A stretch of 64,000 nt of DNA, from positions 186,001 to 250,000 of the IMG/VR virus record IMGVR_UViG_3300005537_000001. One strand, written 5' to 3'. Positions 8,731 to 17,473 of the stretch are shown here, one piece after another; the stretch's first letter is position 1; the number at the start of each line of letters is the position of its first letter. The notes under the pieces were generated by a model that worked only from the letters and a program-made list of their open reading frames with translations, was not told where the DNA came from and ran no database searches. A program made the position numbers and the translations under genes.

Positions 8731-9713
8731 TGAAAACGACTTTCAAAAAGTTCATGGGCGTTGATCGTCCGTTCGAACCTAAACCGTTACCACCTCCAAA
8801 GCAGCCGCATCCAGTTCCCAAGGGCTACAAGCGCGTCAAGGATGGAAGCTTCAACAAACTCGTGAAGATTGATGAGGTCTTTGCCCCACACCCATATTCG
8901 ACACATCTCCTTAACGCGCTTGAGCGTGGTATGTATTCAAAGGCGGAGGTGATGAAGGTTATACTCAAAAAGCTTAAAGATTACGGAGGTGATGACAGCT
9001 TTGGCAGTTTAACAAATCTTATCAAAGTATTCCGAGATGCCGGTCACAAATGGCCGGAATTCGATGCGATAGAGAGATCTTTGAAGGAAGAAACTCTTGA
9101 TGAGATTTCGCTCAAGCACGCCGCGGCCGCAACCGTTCTTGGTGCATCAATGCTCGCGCCAAAGCATACAGCTCACGCAACCGACGTCAACCCTCGCCGG
9201 CAAACATTTTCCCAAATGGTAGCCAAGCAGGCAGAAATGCCAAAGCTGGACGCTAAGGAAGAAAAGGCAGTTAATCAAATTGTCAAGCGCTACGGTGTCA
9301 ATGGTGAGCTGGCAGCGAAGGTTGTTCAGCTAGCTCAAAAATATGAGCACCCAGAATTTCCGAAGGCTAAGGATATCCTCGCGATAGTTGGCATTGAGAG
9401 CAGCTTCAACCCGAAGGCAAAATCCGGGTTGAAGAAAGATCCAGCAGTTGGGTTGATGCAGTTTAGACCTTCAGCTTGGAAGGTTGCAGATGCCAATGAC
9501 GTTGAGACGCAGATAAAGAAGGGGGCCGAAATTCTCAACACCTATTACCGTCATCTTTTCAGCCACAAAGATCGCGCGATACAGGCCTACAACATCGGGT
9601 TGGCAAAGTACAAGGAAGCAAGAGACAATCCCGAAGAAAACCAAGAAATTTTGGACGCTCAAAAGCGCTACCTGGACAAGTACAACCGTGAGGTTGTACA
9701 CTACGAGCTCTAG
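8727..9713 (+). CDS. lytic transglycosylase (SLT domain) with N-terminal cargo-like modules
   Basis: AIVGIESSFNP (catalytic Glu), AVGLMQ, AIQAYNIG; upstream AGHKWPEFDAIERSL. Confidence 0.85.
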   Translation: MMKTTFKKFMGVDRPFEPKPLPPPKQPHPVPKGYKRVKDGSFNKLVKIDEVFAPHPYSTHLLNALERGMYSKAEVMKVILKKLKDYGGDDSFGSLTNLIKVFRDAGHKWPEFDAIERSLKEETLDEISLKHAAAATVLGASMLAPKHTAHATDVNPRRQTFSQMVAKQAEMPKLDAKEEKAVNQIVKRYGVNGELAAKVVQLAQKYEHPEFPKAKDILAIVGIESSFNPKAKSGLKKDPAVGLMQFRPSAWKVADANDVETQIKKGAEILNTYYRHLFSHKDRAIQAYNIGLAKYKEARDNPEENQEILDAQKRYLDKYNREVVHYEL

Positions 9714-9759
9714 CTTCACCCATTTAACATAATGGTGTCATTTAACATAATGTGAAAAG

Positions 9760-9787
9760 TGTACTTTCGGTCAGGTCATGATATAAT
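9760..9787 (+). promoter_or_regulatory. early (sigma70-type) promoter
   Basis: TGTACT-N16-TATAAT, preceded by two ATTTAACATAA boxes. Confidence 0.75.
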
Positions 9788-9793
9788 ACCTAC

Positions 9794-10114
9794 ATGATGA
9801 AGACTCGGAAGCGACGTTCAGACCGTATGCACCTCATATACGCTCTGACGAACATGGCAACCAACGAAAAGTATGTAGGCATGGCGGTTTGCATCGATCG
9901 CTCCGGTAAGGAAACACTCGCCGCCCGCTGGTGCCGACACGTGGGTCGAGCGAAGCATCAGAACAAAAACTGGAGCTTGTGCAAGTCGATTCGAAAGCAC
10001 GGACCCCAAGCTTTCTCACAGGAAATTATCGAGTTCGTTCGCGGCAAAGCCGAAGCGCACGCTCGCGAAACTGAAATCAAGAAGACCGGAAAATACGCTC
10101 TCAACACGGCGTGA
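9794..10114 (+). CDS. GIY-YIG-like endonuclease (Seg-like, minimal)
   Basis: LIYALTN...YVG...RW..H...F...IIE...A...E. Confidence 0.7.
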   Translation: MMKTRKRRSDRMHLIYALTNMATNEKYVGMAVCIDRSGKETLAARWCRHVGRAKHQNKNWSLCKSIRKHGPQAFSQEIIEFVRGKAEAHARETEIKKTGKYALNTA

Positions 10115-10126
10115 TGGAGATTCCCG

Positions 10127-10453
10127 ATGTGCTATTCCCGAAACGCGATGATTGAAAATTTCGAAAAGATGGTCAACTATGCCCATCAAGCTGATCCAAC
10201 TGGCCAGCGATTTCAGCAGTTCGCTAAAGATCCTCTTCCTCCCTGGGCGGTGGATCTTCAGGAAACTCTGGAAGCAGACTCCTCCACGGCGATCGAATTT
10301 TTCCAGCTCGCTCAAAACGATTGTCCCCAATGCGGTGGCTTTGGCTACACGATGGAGACCAACGGCGAGGATGGGGAGACGATGGTTGGTTGCTTCCGCT
10401 GTTGGGTTGCCCATCAGGAACGCAGCATTCCGACTCTCGTGGACGCCGTATGA
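10127..10453 (+). CDS. hypothetical protein with CxxC...CxxC zinc ribbon
   Basis: CPQCGG...CFRC; GGAG RBS. Confidence 0.65.
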   Translation: MCYSRNAMIENFEKMVNYAHQADPTGQRFQQFAKDPLPPWAVDLQETLEADSSTAIEFFQLAQNDCPQCGGFGYTMETNGEDGETMVGCFRCWVAHQERSIPTLVDAV

Positions 10454-10668
10454 TGCAGCTTCTTCACCTCGATCCTACAAAGCGATCGGTTTACTTCATC
10501 ACCGACATCGGCGAGGATTTGATTGCGTCAGCCTCCGATGGAACCGAGCTGCCGCTACCGCGCTACGGCGTTTGGCGGCGCGATGTTGGCGTGGTGGAAG
10601 CTGGTGAGGACATCGCGTTTCTTCAGGAAAAGTACAACGTTCCCAACTCTCAGGTGCACGTGCTATGA
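10450..10668 (+). CDS. hypothetical protein
   Basis: ATGA-coupled start at 10450, shorter than the track ORF. Confidence 0.6.
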   Translation: MMQLLHLDPTKRSVYFITDIGEDLIASASDGTELPLPRYGVWRRDVGVVEAGEDIAFLQEKYNVPNSQVHVL

Positions 10669-11030
10669 AAGCCCAGCTCGTTAAACTTCCTCCTGGCCGT
10701 CGTAAATTCGGCAAGTATCCGTGCAACGACGTTGACAGCTGTGGAAATGCGTGGGGAATCCCAACGTTAAACCAAGCGTATATAGATGGATACAACACTG
10801 GTGCCAATTGGAAGGATTCCTACGATCCAGGCGGACCTTTTACACATAGTTGGAGTGAGTACTACGAGCGCGTCCACCCCGAGGACTGGCAGGACCTTAA
10901 AGCTTATTGCGACGCCACCATAGAAAATTACCAGGAATGGCATCGAGGCTTCAAGGATGCTCGTAAGGGCATTCCTCCACTGCTACCCGAACTGAATCTT
11001 GATAAAATCGCAATCTTGGGGTACAACTAA
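10665..11030 (+). CDS. hypothetical protein
   Basis: Coupled ORF. Confidence 0.65.
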   Translation: MKAQLVKLPPGRRKFGKYPCNDVDSCGNAWGIPTLNQAYIDGYNTGANWKDSYDPGGPFTHSWSEYYERVHPEDWQDLKAYCDATIENYQEWHRGFKDARKGIPPLLPELNLDKIAILGYN

Positions 11031-11368
11031 TGAGTGAGCGAGAAGAATTTACGCAAGCTCTCGCGGATATCATTCGTGAGATGCGGAGATGGACGGCCCC
11101 GTACGGGATAATTGTTGGGATGCACGCTGAAGGTCGAGGCAAGGTTCGCACGATAACCTTCGGAGTTGCTCGACTTCTTGACGCAACAGTAAAGGTCTAC
11201 AGCTCCAGCTACATCGTTCTGGAATCTCAGGGTCCGATGGCCCAGTTCGGAAGTCCCATCACGTTTCGAACACCTCGAGATGCAGTTCTTCCAGAGCGAG
11301 AATCAGCAGCTGCCCAACTTCTCGATTTCATCAAGAAGAATTGGGTTTTCGACGACGCCCGGTACTAA
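11030..11368 (+). CDS. hypothetical protein
   Basis: TAATG coupling. Confidence 0.65.
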   Translation: MSEREEFTQALADIIREMRRWTAPYGIIVGMHAEGRGKVRTITFGVARLLDATVKVYSSSYIVLESQGPMAQFGSPITFRTPRDAVLPERESAAAQLLDFIKKNWVFDDARY

Positions 11369-11377
11369 GAGGAAATC

Positions 11378-11536
11378 ATGAACACCAGATTTTTGCTAGA
11401 TGAAGCTGAAAATCAGGATACCTTCGAACGCTTCCAAAAGCGCCGCAAGCTTGACGATGAAAGCTCTCGCGACCGCAAAAACTCGCGAAAGAAGTTCAGC
11501 CATCGGCCTCAGCAACGTGAACATGACAAAGTCTGA
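11378..11536 (+). CDS. small charged hypothetical protein (52 aa, absent from track)
   Basis: GAGG RBS; MNTRFLLDEAENQDTFERFQKRRK... Confidence 0.6.
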   Translation: MNTRFLLDEAENQDTFERFQKRRKLDDESSRDRKNSRKKFSHRPQQREHDKV

Positions 11537-12098
11537 TAAGCCCAAGGCTAAAAGATGGGTTCGGCTTCGGACGATGTCGCTTGAGCATGGACTTGCGTAT
11601 CTCAACGAGCCGCGCCAAGAGCGCAAAATCCGTGACAACTGGGTTGAGAGCACCAGCCAAAGCGCCAAGACGCGGTTGAAGATGTTCAAGAATGGGCAGA
11701 TAAGGTGCGTGAGCTGCGGGCTCGAAGGAAGCCACTGGCACATCGAGCGGGCTATCAACGATCTGGTGATGCCGTTCAGCATCAACCTTTATGGGCTGGT
11801 TCCAATTAGCGTCGGCGACATCAATAAGCCGGATGAAATAAAGTATACATGGGATGAGGTCATGCTTACGCACGATCATATTCTTCCGCGTTCTCTTGGA
11901 GGGTCCAACAACATCGCAAACGCCCAGTGCATGTGCGAGCCCTGTAACAACAAGAAGGCCAACTTTGTAGGTTTGTCCGAGCTGCTGCGAATCGCGTGCC
12001 ATTCAGATCCGATGGCTATTCACAAGCTCAATTCACCCGAAACAGATACGAAAAATTTGAAGTCAACGATCGCGCGGGCCAGAGCTGAGCTTCGATAA
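11523..12098 (+). CDS. HNH endonuclease
   Basis: CVSC...LTHDHILPRSLGGSNNIANAQCMCEPCNNKK; start moved to ATG 11523. Confidence 0.85.
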   Translation: MTKSDKPKAKRWVRLRTMSLEHGLAYLNEPRQERKIRDNWVESTSQSAKTRLKMFKNGQIRCVSCGLEGSHWHIERAINDLVMPFSINLYGLVPISVGDINKPDEIKYTWDEVMLTHDHILPRSLGGSNNIANAQCMCEPCNNKKANFVGLSELLRIACHSDPMAIHKLNSPETDTKNLKSTIARARAELR

Positions 12099-12272
12099 CA
12101 TGAATAAAATCGACCTGATGAGAGAAAATAAGCGCTTAAGATCTCAACTCAAGAAAATTAAAGCGGAATTAGCTAGGATTACGTCAGATCGTGATGCCAA
12201 AACAAAGCGCATGTGGCAGCTTGCGCATGAGTTAGATTGTCTCAAAACCGGTGAACACGATCAGTGGTGAGA

Positions 12273-12536
12273 TTATAACGCCGGAAATATCGACATCGCG
12301 GCTTGAATGGCAGTGAACAGGCGATCTAGATCTTCCTTCAAAATCAACTGGTTTGTTCCAATGAGGATAAGCTTTTCAGTCTTGAGATCTCCAACCAGCT
12401 CCTGGTATTCGGATTGAGAAAGCTGTCCAGCCTTGAATTGATTTGTAATCGTTACAGCTTCCGCCGCGATGGCTCCAGCTTCATCCCCCACTCCAACGAT
12501 GCTGCCCAGCTTGTTTAGGATATCTGACACGTTCAT
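12273..12536 (-). CDS. hypothetical protein
   Basis: Coupled downstream of the lipoprotein gene. Confidence 0.7.
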   Translation of the reverse strand: MNVSDILNKLGSIVGVGDEAGAIAAEAVTITNQFKAGQLSQSEYQELVGDLKTEKLILIGTNQLILKEDLDRLFTAIQAAMSIFPAL

Positions 12537-12943
12537 GGTTTTCCTCCAATTGCCTTCTGGATTGTCGTTGCCGCGCGGAGAAGAATCTGCATCTTGTCAT
12601 CACAGTAAAATGAGCTTACCGAATTTACCGACGCGTAGCGCTTGTTGAGCTCACTTGTCAGCTGATGAAGATTTGCGGTCAGTGCCGCGGTATCTTGATT
12701 TCCGTAAATGCCTTGAGAATATAGAGCGAGTTCGAAAGCTTGGTTGTTGATATCTTCTGCCGCAGTTTTCATGAACGCTTGATCATCGCATCTACCCTCA
12801 TCGACCGCTATCGTGTAGCGGAGGTGGGTGATCTTGTCATATTCTGAACCGTTAAATGAAGCTACGTTCAAGCTCGCTATCTTGCCGACTAAGGAACAGC
12901 CAGATAGACAGAAAAGGAGAGAGACCAGGAGAAGTTTCTTCAT
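12533..12943 (-). CDS. lipoprotein of unknown function
   Basis: MKK plus hydrophobic stretch plus lipobox LSGC; TAAATA at 12967-12972 on the minus strand. Confidence 0.75.
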   Translation of the reverse strand: MKKLLLVSLLFCLSGCSLVGKIASLNVASFNGSEYDKITHLRYTIAVDEGRCDDQAFMKTAAEDINNQAFELALYSQGIYGNQDTAALTANLHQLTSELNKRYASVNSVSSFYCDDKMQILLRAATTIQKAIGGKP

Positions 12944-13059
12944 TGAGATTCCTTGTAGGATAATGATATTTATTATGTTAAATTGAGACCAGAGGAGAAT
13001 CCGAGAGCAGATCGATTATTGTTAAATGAAAATAACCGTCAGTTATGTTAAATGAACGT

Positions 13060-13088
13060 TGTACTTGCTCAGGTTGATAGATTACAAT
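13060..13088 (+). promoter_or_regulatory. early promoter
   Basis: TGTACT-N17-TACAAT with ATTTAACATAA-type boxes upstream. Confidence 0.65.
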
Positions 13089-13122
13089 GTCTTCGTTGTT
13101 TGAACTACTGGAGATCGCTGAA

Positions 13123-14085
13123 GTGTCTAACGTTGCTCAACTCTCCCTGGATGGTCGGTCCAACAAATGGGTCGCTATCTTCGCAGGAAAGATTCTCGCC
13201 TCATCCCCCAACAAGGAATACGTCGTCAACAACATCCGAGCTGGTCGCTGCACCAAAGCGAATCAAGTACGCGTAACGGACGTCAAGGAAATCGGTGAAA
13301 CCGAAACCGTGACCAACGCGGTCGGCAAGGAAATCCAGCAGAAAGTGGACAAATTCGGAATCAACGAGCGGTTCGACTTCATGGAGGACTTCGTCTCCAT
13401 GGTCGCGGACCGAACCTCTCCTTCTCTTCTCGTAACCGGCGAGGGCGGTCTCGGCAAGACCTTCACGGTCAATAAAGCCCTTCGAACCAACAAGCTTCAG
13501 AAACTCGATCTTGAGGAGCTCACCGTTGGAGCTACCATCGACGACCACAAGTTCTACACGGTGGTCAAGGGGTACTCCACGGCAAAGGGCCTCTATCGGA
13601 CCCTCTGGGAAAATCGCAACCGACTGGTGGTCTTCGATGACTGCGACAGCGTCCTCCGCGATCCGGTCGCCCTCAACATCCTCAAGGGCGCTCTCGACTC
13701 CTACGACAAGCGCATCATCTCCTGGAACGCGGAATCCTTCGGAGACGACGATCTTCCCCGCTCCTTCGAGTTCAAGGGTGGAGTCATCTTCATCTCGAAC
13801 CTCCCAATCTTCAAGATCGACCAGGCGGTCCGCTCACGTTGCATCAGCGTGGACCTCTGCATGACCACGGCTCAGAAAATCGAGCGCATGGAAATGATCA
13901 TCAAGGGAGACGAGTTTCTCCCTGAGGTGGACATGAAAACCAAGCGCCACGCTCTGGACTTCCTCGAGAAGATGAAGGACGAAGCACGCGAGCTCTCCCT
14001 TCGAACCCTCATCGCGGTCACCAAGGTGGCTGCACGAGGTGGAGAATGGAAGCGTCGAGCCGAATATCTCCTCACGGCGGTTTAA
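13123..14085 (+). CDS. AAA+ ATPase, paralog of the 2357 ATPase domain
   Basis: GEGGLGKT, VVFDDCD, FISN, AVRSR. GTG start with GGAG RBS chosen because ATG 13087 overlaps the -10 box. Confidence 0.8.
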   Translation: MSNVAQLSLDGRSNKWVAIFAGKILASSPNKEYVVNNIRAGRCTKANQVRVTDVKEIGETETVTNAVGKEIQQKVDKFGINERFDFMEDFVSMVADRTSPSLLVTGEGGLGKTFTVNKALRTNKLQKLDLEELTVGATIDDHKFYTVVKGYSTAKGLYRTLWENRNRLVVFDDCDSVLRDPVALNILKGALDSYDKRIISWNAESFGDDDLPRSFEFKGGVIFISNLPIFKIDQAVRSRCISVDLCMTTAQKIERMEMIIKGDEFLPEVDMKTKRHALDFLEKMKDEARELSLRTLIAVTKVAARGGEWKRRAEYLLTAV

Positions 14086-14107
14086 CGGATACCACGGAGT
14101 TCGGACC

Positions 14108-14740
14108 ATGGCCACATCACGAAAAAAGCAGGAGCTGTACGACCAAGTATACACTCCCCGGGTCCAGCTGAAGGAAGCAATTCGGCTCCTTCAGCTGGCA
14201 GATCCGGATGACGCTCTGGATTACGACGAAAAAATAAAATGGCGTTCTGATCGAGACGCCATCGTCAAGGACGTCGTTTATGGGAGAAACGCACCCAAGA
14301 AAAAACCAACCCCACAAGCCAAAATCCAGCACCCATCGCTCGTCGAATACGTCAGCCGGATAAACTCTGGTCGCGTCGACAAGCTGGCGGTTAGGAGTCA
14401 GGATCTTACCCGAAACGACATCAACGTGATCGACGTGCAGATCGAAACCGATATGGCTTTGGTCGTCAACGGCACCAAGGCCAACAAGGTGTTCATGCAG
14501 AAAGTCATCAACGAGCTGGGTGCCTTGAAGCGGATGATGATCGAAACCGGCGGGAAGAGCTTCGATCGCCTCGCCCTGAAGGACTACCGCGATTTTCCAG
14601 ATGAGTGGAAAAAATTTCTCAGCGGTCCAGCGAGCGCCATCAACAAGATAAATCCGAGCCGTCAAGCTCGATTTTGGACTGGTGCGAGTTCGGAAGTCCG
14701 CACCGCCATCATGCAATCATCTCTTGGGAGAATAACATGA
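14108..14740 (+). CDS. hypothetical protein
   Basis: GGAG RBS before ATG 14108. Confidence 0.7.
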   Translation: MATSRKKQELYDQVYTPRVQLKEAIRLLQLADPDDALDYDEKIKWRSDRDAIVKDVVYGRNAPKKKPTPQAKIQHPSLVEYVSRINSGRVDKLAVRSQDLTRNDINVIDVQIETDMALVVNGTKANKVFMQKVINELGALKRMMIETGGKSFDRLALKDYRDFPDEWKKFLSGPASAINKINPSRQARFWTGASSEVRTAIMQSSLGRIT

Positions 14741-14988
14741 GTTCCATGATCGAGATACCCGAGTTTCGGCTGCCCTTCATTCCGCTCTACATGCTGCTCA
14801 TCGAGCTGACAGACGGGGACGTGCAGCTGGCCAAGTCTGAAAATGGTAAAGGTCCGGTGGTCGCCGTTGAAGGTAACCAATATCTCCTCCGCGAGATGGG
14901 TGACCGACTGCTCACCAAGAAGCTGATCATCGGCTACCAGCTGGTCAAGACTCTGACATATCCAACTAGAGAGGCTCCGGCGTTATGA
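14737..14988 (+). CDS. hypothetical protein
   Basis: GGAG RBS; ATGA coupling. Confidence 0.6.
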   Translation: MSSMIEIPEFRLPFIPLYMLLIELTDGDVQLAKSENGKGPVVAVEGNQYLLREMGDRLLTKKLIIGYQLVKTLTYPTREAPAL

Positions 14989-15139
14989 CTCGAAAACAGA
15001 TGCAAAAGCGCAGGGCAGCAATCGTAACCGAGCTGTGCAAACTGTCCCGCAACGGCTGGAGGGATGCAAAACCTTGCGACTACCAACCGCTTGAAGCTGA
15101 ACTTCGAACATTGGAACCCAAGCTTAGGAGAAATTCGTA

Positions 15140-15325
15140 ATGTACACGTTGAGGATCGAGTCCACGATTAAGGAAGTTGGACCATTTCATCTTCCCAAGG
15201 ACACCTACAATCTCGACGGAGCCGTCAAGGCAGCCGAGCGCTACAAATCTCGAGTGTGGGTGCTCAACGCGAAGGGTGAAACCGTTGCGAGGTGGGATGG
15301 TCTTGGCAGATGGAAAACGCCATGA
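15140..15325 (+). CDS. hypothetical protein
   Basis: AGGAG RBS; TAATG coupling. Confidence 0.6.
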   Translation: MYTLRIESTIKEVGPFHLPKDTYNLDGAVKAAERYKSRVWVLNAKGETVARWDGLGRWKTP

Positions 15326-15789
15326 AGTATCAAGCTGGGGAATGCTCCTGCAAGGAGTGCAAGTCGGCGTGCAGCAACAAGCCTGGCTGGTTCTCACCTG
15401 CTCAGATAAAACCCCTCGCCAAGAAGCTTGGACTTACCGTTCAGGAGCTGTTTAAGCAGCACCTCCAGATCGACTGGTGGGATCGCTATCCCAAGAACGT
15501 GTTCGTGTTATCTCCGCGTCAAACCCGCGGTACAGGTGGCACGATGTTTCCGGCAAATCCAAAGGGTGAGTGTCATTGGTTCAAGAATGGGAAATGTTCT
15601 ATTCACGAGCTCGGAAAACCAATAGAGTGCCAGCTGCTTGGTCACTCCGAGGCAGAGCCGAAAATTAGCAATCACGAACGTGCTATGAAAACTTGGGACA
15701 ATCCCAAAGCTCAACAGATGATTCGTGATCTCTACGGGAAGGAACCAGAAGCTGAAGAATACAGCATGTTCGAATCATTCACATGGTGA
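15322..15789 (+). CDS. YkgJ-like Cys-cluster (Zn/Fe-S) protein
   Basis: CSCKECKSAC...ECHWF..GKCSIH...KPIEC. Confidence 0.65.
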   Translation: MKYQAGECSCKECKSACSNKPGWFSPAQIKPLAKKLGLTVQELFKQHLQIDWWDRYPKNVFVLSPRQTRGTGGTMFPANPKGECHWFKNGKCSIHELGKPIECQLLGHSEAEPKISNHERAMKTWDNPKAQQMIRDLYGKEPEAEEYSMFESFTW

Positions 15790-16088
15790 GTTATGGCTGC
15801 AAGAATTGAGAAGGACGGAAAATTCTTCCGCAAACGCCGCGGCATCCTTGTGGAAATTCCAGGTGAATGGGTTGGCAAAGTTACCCACCCCCAAACGATT
15901 CGAAAGCGACCATCGAAGCGTGGACAAGGTCGCCACTTCCTTGTAAAAGCAGCACGATGATCCAATAGATCCATACACATACTTCTGCAGATTTGATCCC
16001 AGCGCACCTGTTATGTTAAATGCCTCAACCGGTGCTCCGGCTGCGTGTAAAACACATCGACCAGGTGTCGGGCTGAGGTGAAGATTAG

Positions 16089-16117
16089 TGTACATTCGTC
16101 AGGTTATGTGGTAGAAT
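16089..16117 (+). promoter_or_regulatory. early promoter
   Basis: TGTACA-N17-TAGAAT with TG extension. Confidence 0.75.
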
Positions 16118-16148
16118 AGCCTTACGAATTGAATAACAGGAGATTTAG

Positions 16149-16826
16149 ATGGCCGGTATGTTCAAAAAGGTGAATGTTGAAGTCAAGACCGAACCCAAGA
16201 AAAAGGGTAAGGAAAAGATTCAGCTGAAGATTCCTGGACTCCAGCAGCTTACCCTCCTTGATGCCCTCATCAAGCAGGCCACCGCGATGCAGGCCACCCT
16301 CAAGGCCGAAGCCAACACCATCGGCTTCGAAAAATTCGTGAGCCTCGCTGGACAAAGCGAACGTCCCTCCAGCTTCGAAGGTCTCGACGGTTACGCGACG
16401 GCCTCAGTCGAGGTTCGAAAGCGCAGCTCCGGTTCGGTTCTTACCGACGAAGAAGTTGACGTTCTCAAGAAAGCCGGTATAGAAGCGCAAACGAAGGTGA
16501 CCCAACCCCATCTGTTCGCGATCAACCCGAAATACGCGACCAATGAATCCCTCCTGGGCAAGGTGGAAAAAGCCCTCTCGAAGATCGTGCCGGATGACTT
16601 CATCTCCCAGCAGCTGGAAGTTTCCCGCAAGGTCGTCTCGGACGAGATGCTCGACACGGCTTTCCGAAAAGGTGCAGACGAACAAGTCCTCGCCATTCTG
16701 ACCACGATGGCGCTCAAGCCCAAGCTGAGCGAGTCCTACAACATGGACAACCTCATCAAGGACGCCCTCGAGATCATGCAGCCCACCAAGAAAGCCGCTC
16801 CTACCAAGAAGAGCGTCAAGGCCTAA
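16149..16826 (+). CDS. hypothetical basic protein
   Basis: AGGAG RBS; strongly biased codons. Confidence 0.75.
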   Translation: MAGMFKKVNVEVKTEPKKKGKEKIQLKIPGLQQLTLLDALIKQATAMQATLKAEANTIGFEKFVSLAGQSERPSSFEGLDGYATASVEVRKRSSGSVLTDEEVDVLKKAGIEAQTKVTQPHLFAINPKYATNESLLGKVEKALSKIVPDDFISQQLEVSRKVVSDEMLDTAFRKGADEQVLAILTTMALKPKLSESYNMDNLIKDALEIMQPTKKAAPTKKSVKA

Positions 16827-16834
16827 CGTTCTCC

Positions 16835-17470
16835 ATGACAACTTCGTACACAAAGTACCAGTATCTTTGGCCTCCGAGGCCCGAGCAAAAGATCGCTCCT
16901 TCGTCTCTCACGTTCTACGAAAATCGTAAATGGTGGGCCCAAACGAAGAAAAATGGAACTTGCACCTTGATCTTCTCGAATGGGCGCGAGGTCATCTTCA
17001 AGACGCGTCACAATGACGATCACAAGATGTGGACGCCTCAAGCTGAACACATCGAGTTCTTCCGAAGCGGAACCAAGAGTTTCAGTTCGGACAGCAATTG
17101 GAACGTCTACTGCGCCGAGCTTCTCCACTCGAAGGTCTCCAACGGTCCCAAGAATGAGCTGTACATCTTCGACATTCTCGTGAAGGATGGCGTCTATCTT
17201 ACCGGAGAAACCTTCGCGTATCGCCAGCACGTCCTCCACGGTCTGTGGAATGGGAAGCACGAGGGTGACCAAGTTCGAATAACCCCACAGATTACCGTTG
17301 CAACGTGCATCGACAGTGGATTCGCGGAACGCTTCAACAACCTCAAGCCGGAAGATGAGGGATTGGTGCTGAAGGATCCAAACGCGAAGCTGAAATCCTG
17401 CTTCAAGGCAAGCTCGAATGCAGCTTGGATGGTAAAGTGCCGAATCCCCAACAAAAACTACAGCTTTTGA
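16835..17470 (+). CDS. ATP-dependent ligase-type nucleotidyltransferase (adenylation domain only)
   Basis: Motif I KKNG, III CAEL, IIIa YIFDIL, IV DEGLVLK, V WMVKCR; no OB domain. Confidence 0.75.
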   Translation: MTTSYTKYQYLWPPRPEQKIAPSSLTFYENRKWWAQTKKNGTCTLIFSNGREVIFKTRHNDDHKMWTPQAEHIEFFRSGTKSFSSDSNWNVYCAELLHSKVSNGPKNELYIFDILVKDGVYLTGETFAYRQHVLHGLWNGKHEGDQVRITPQITVATCIDSGFAERFNNLKPEDEGLVLKDPNAKLKSCFKASSNAAWMVKCRIPNKNYSF

Positions 17471-17473
17471 CCA

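Noticed and set aside
11400-11522. N-terminal extension of the HNH ORF in the track
   Set aside because: The region is better explained by an RBS-led 52-aa gene (11378-11536) in another frame.
13087-13122. MSSLFELLE N-terminus as another capsid-targeting motif
   Set aside because: This ATG overlaps the -10 box of an early promoter; GTG 13123 with a GGAG RBS is the more likely start.
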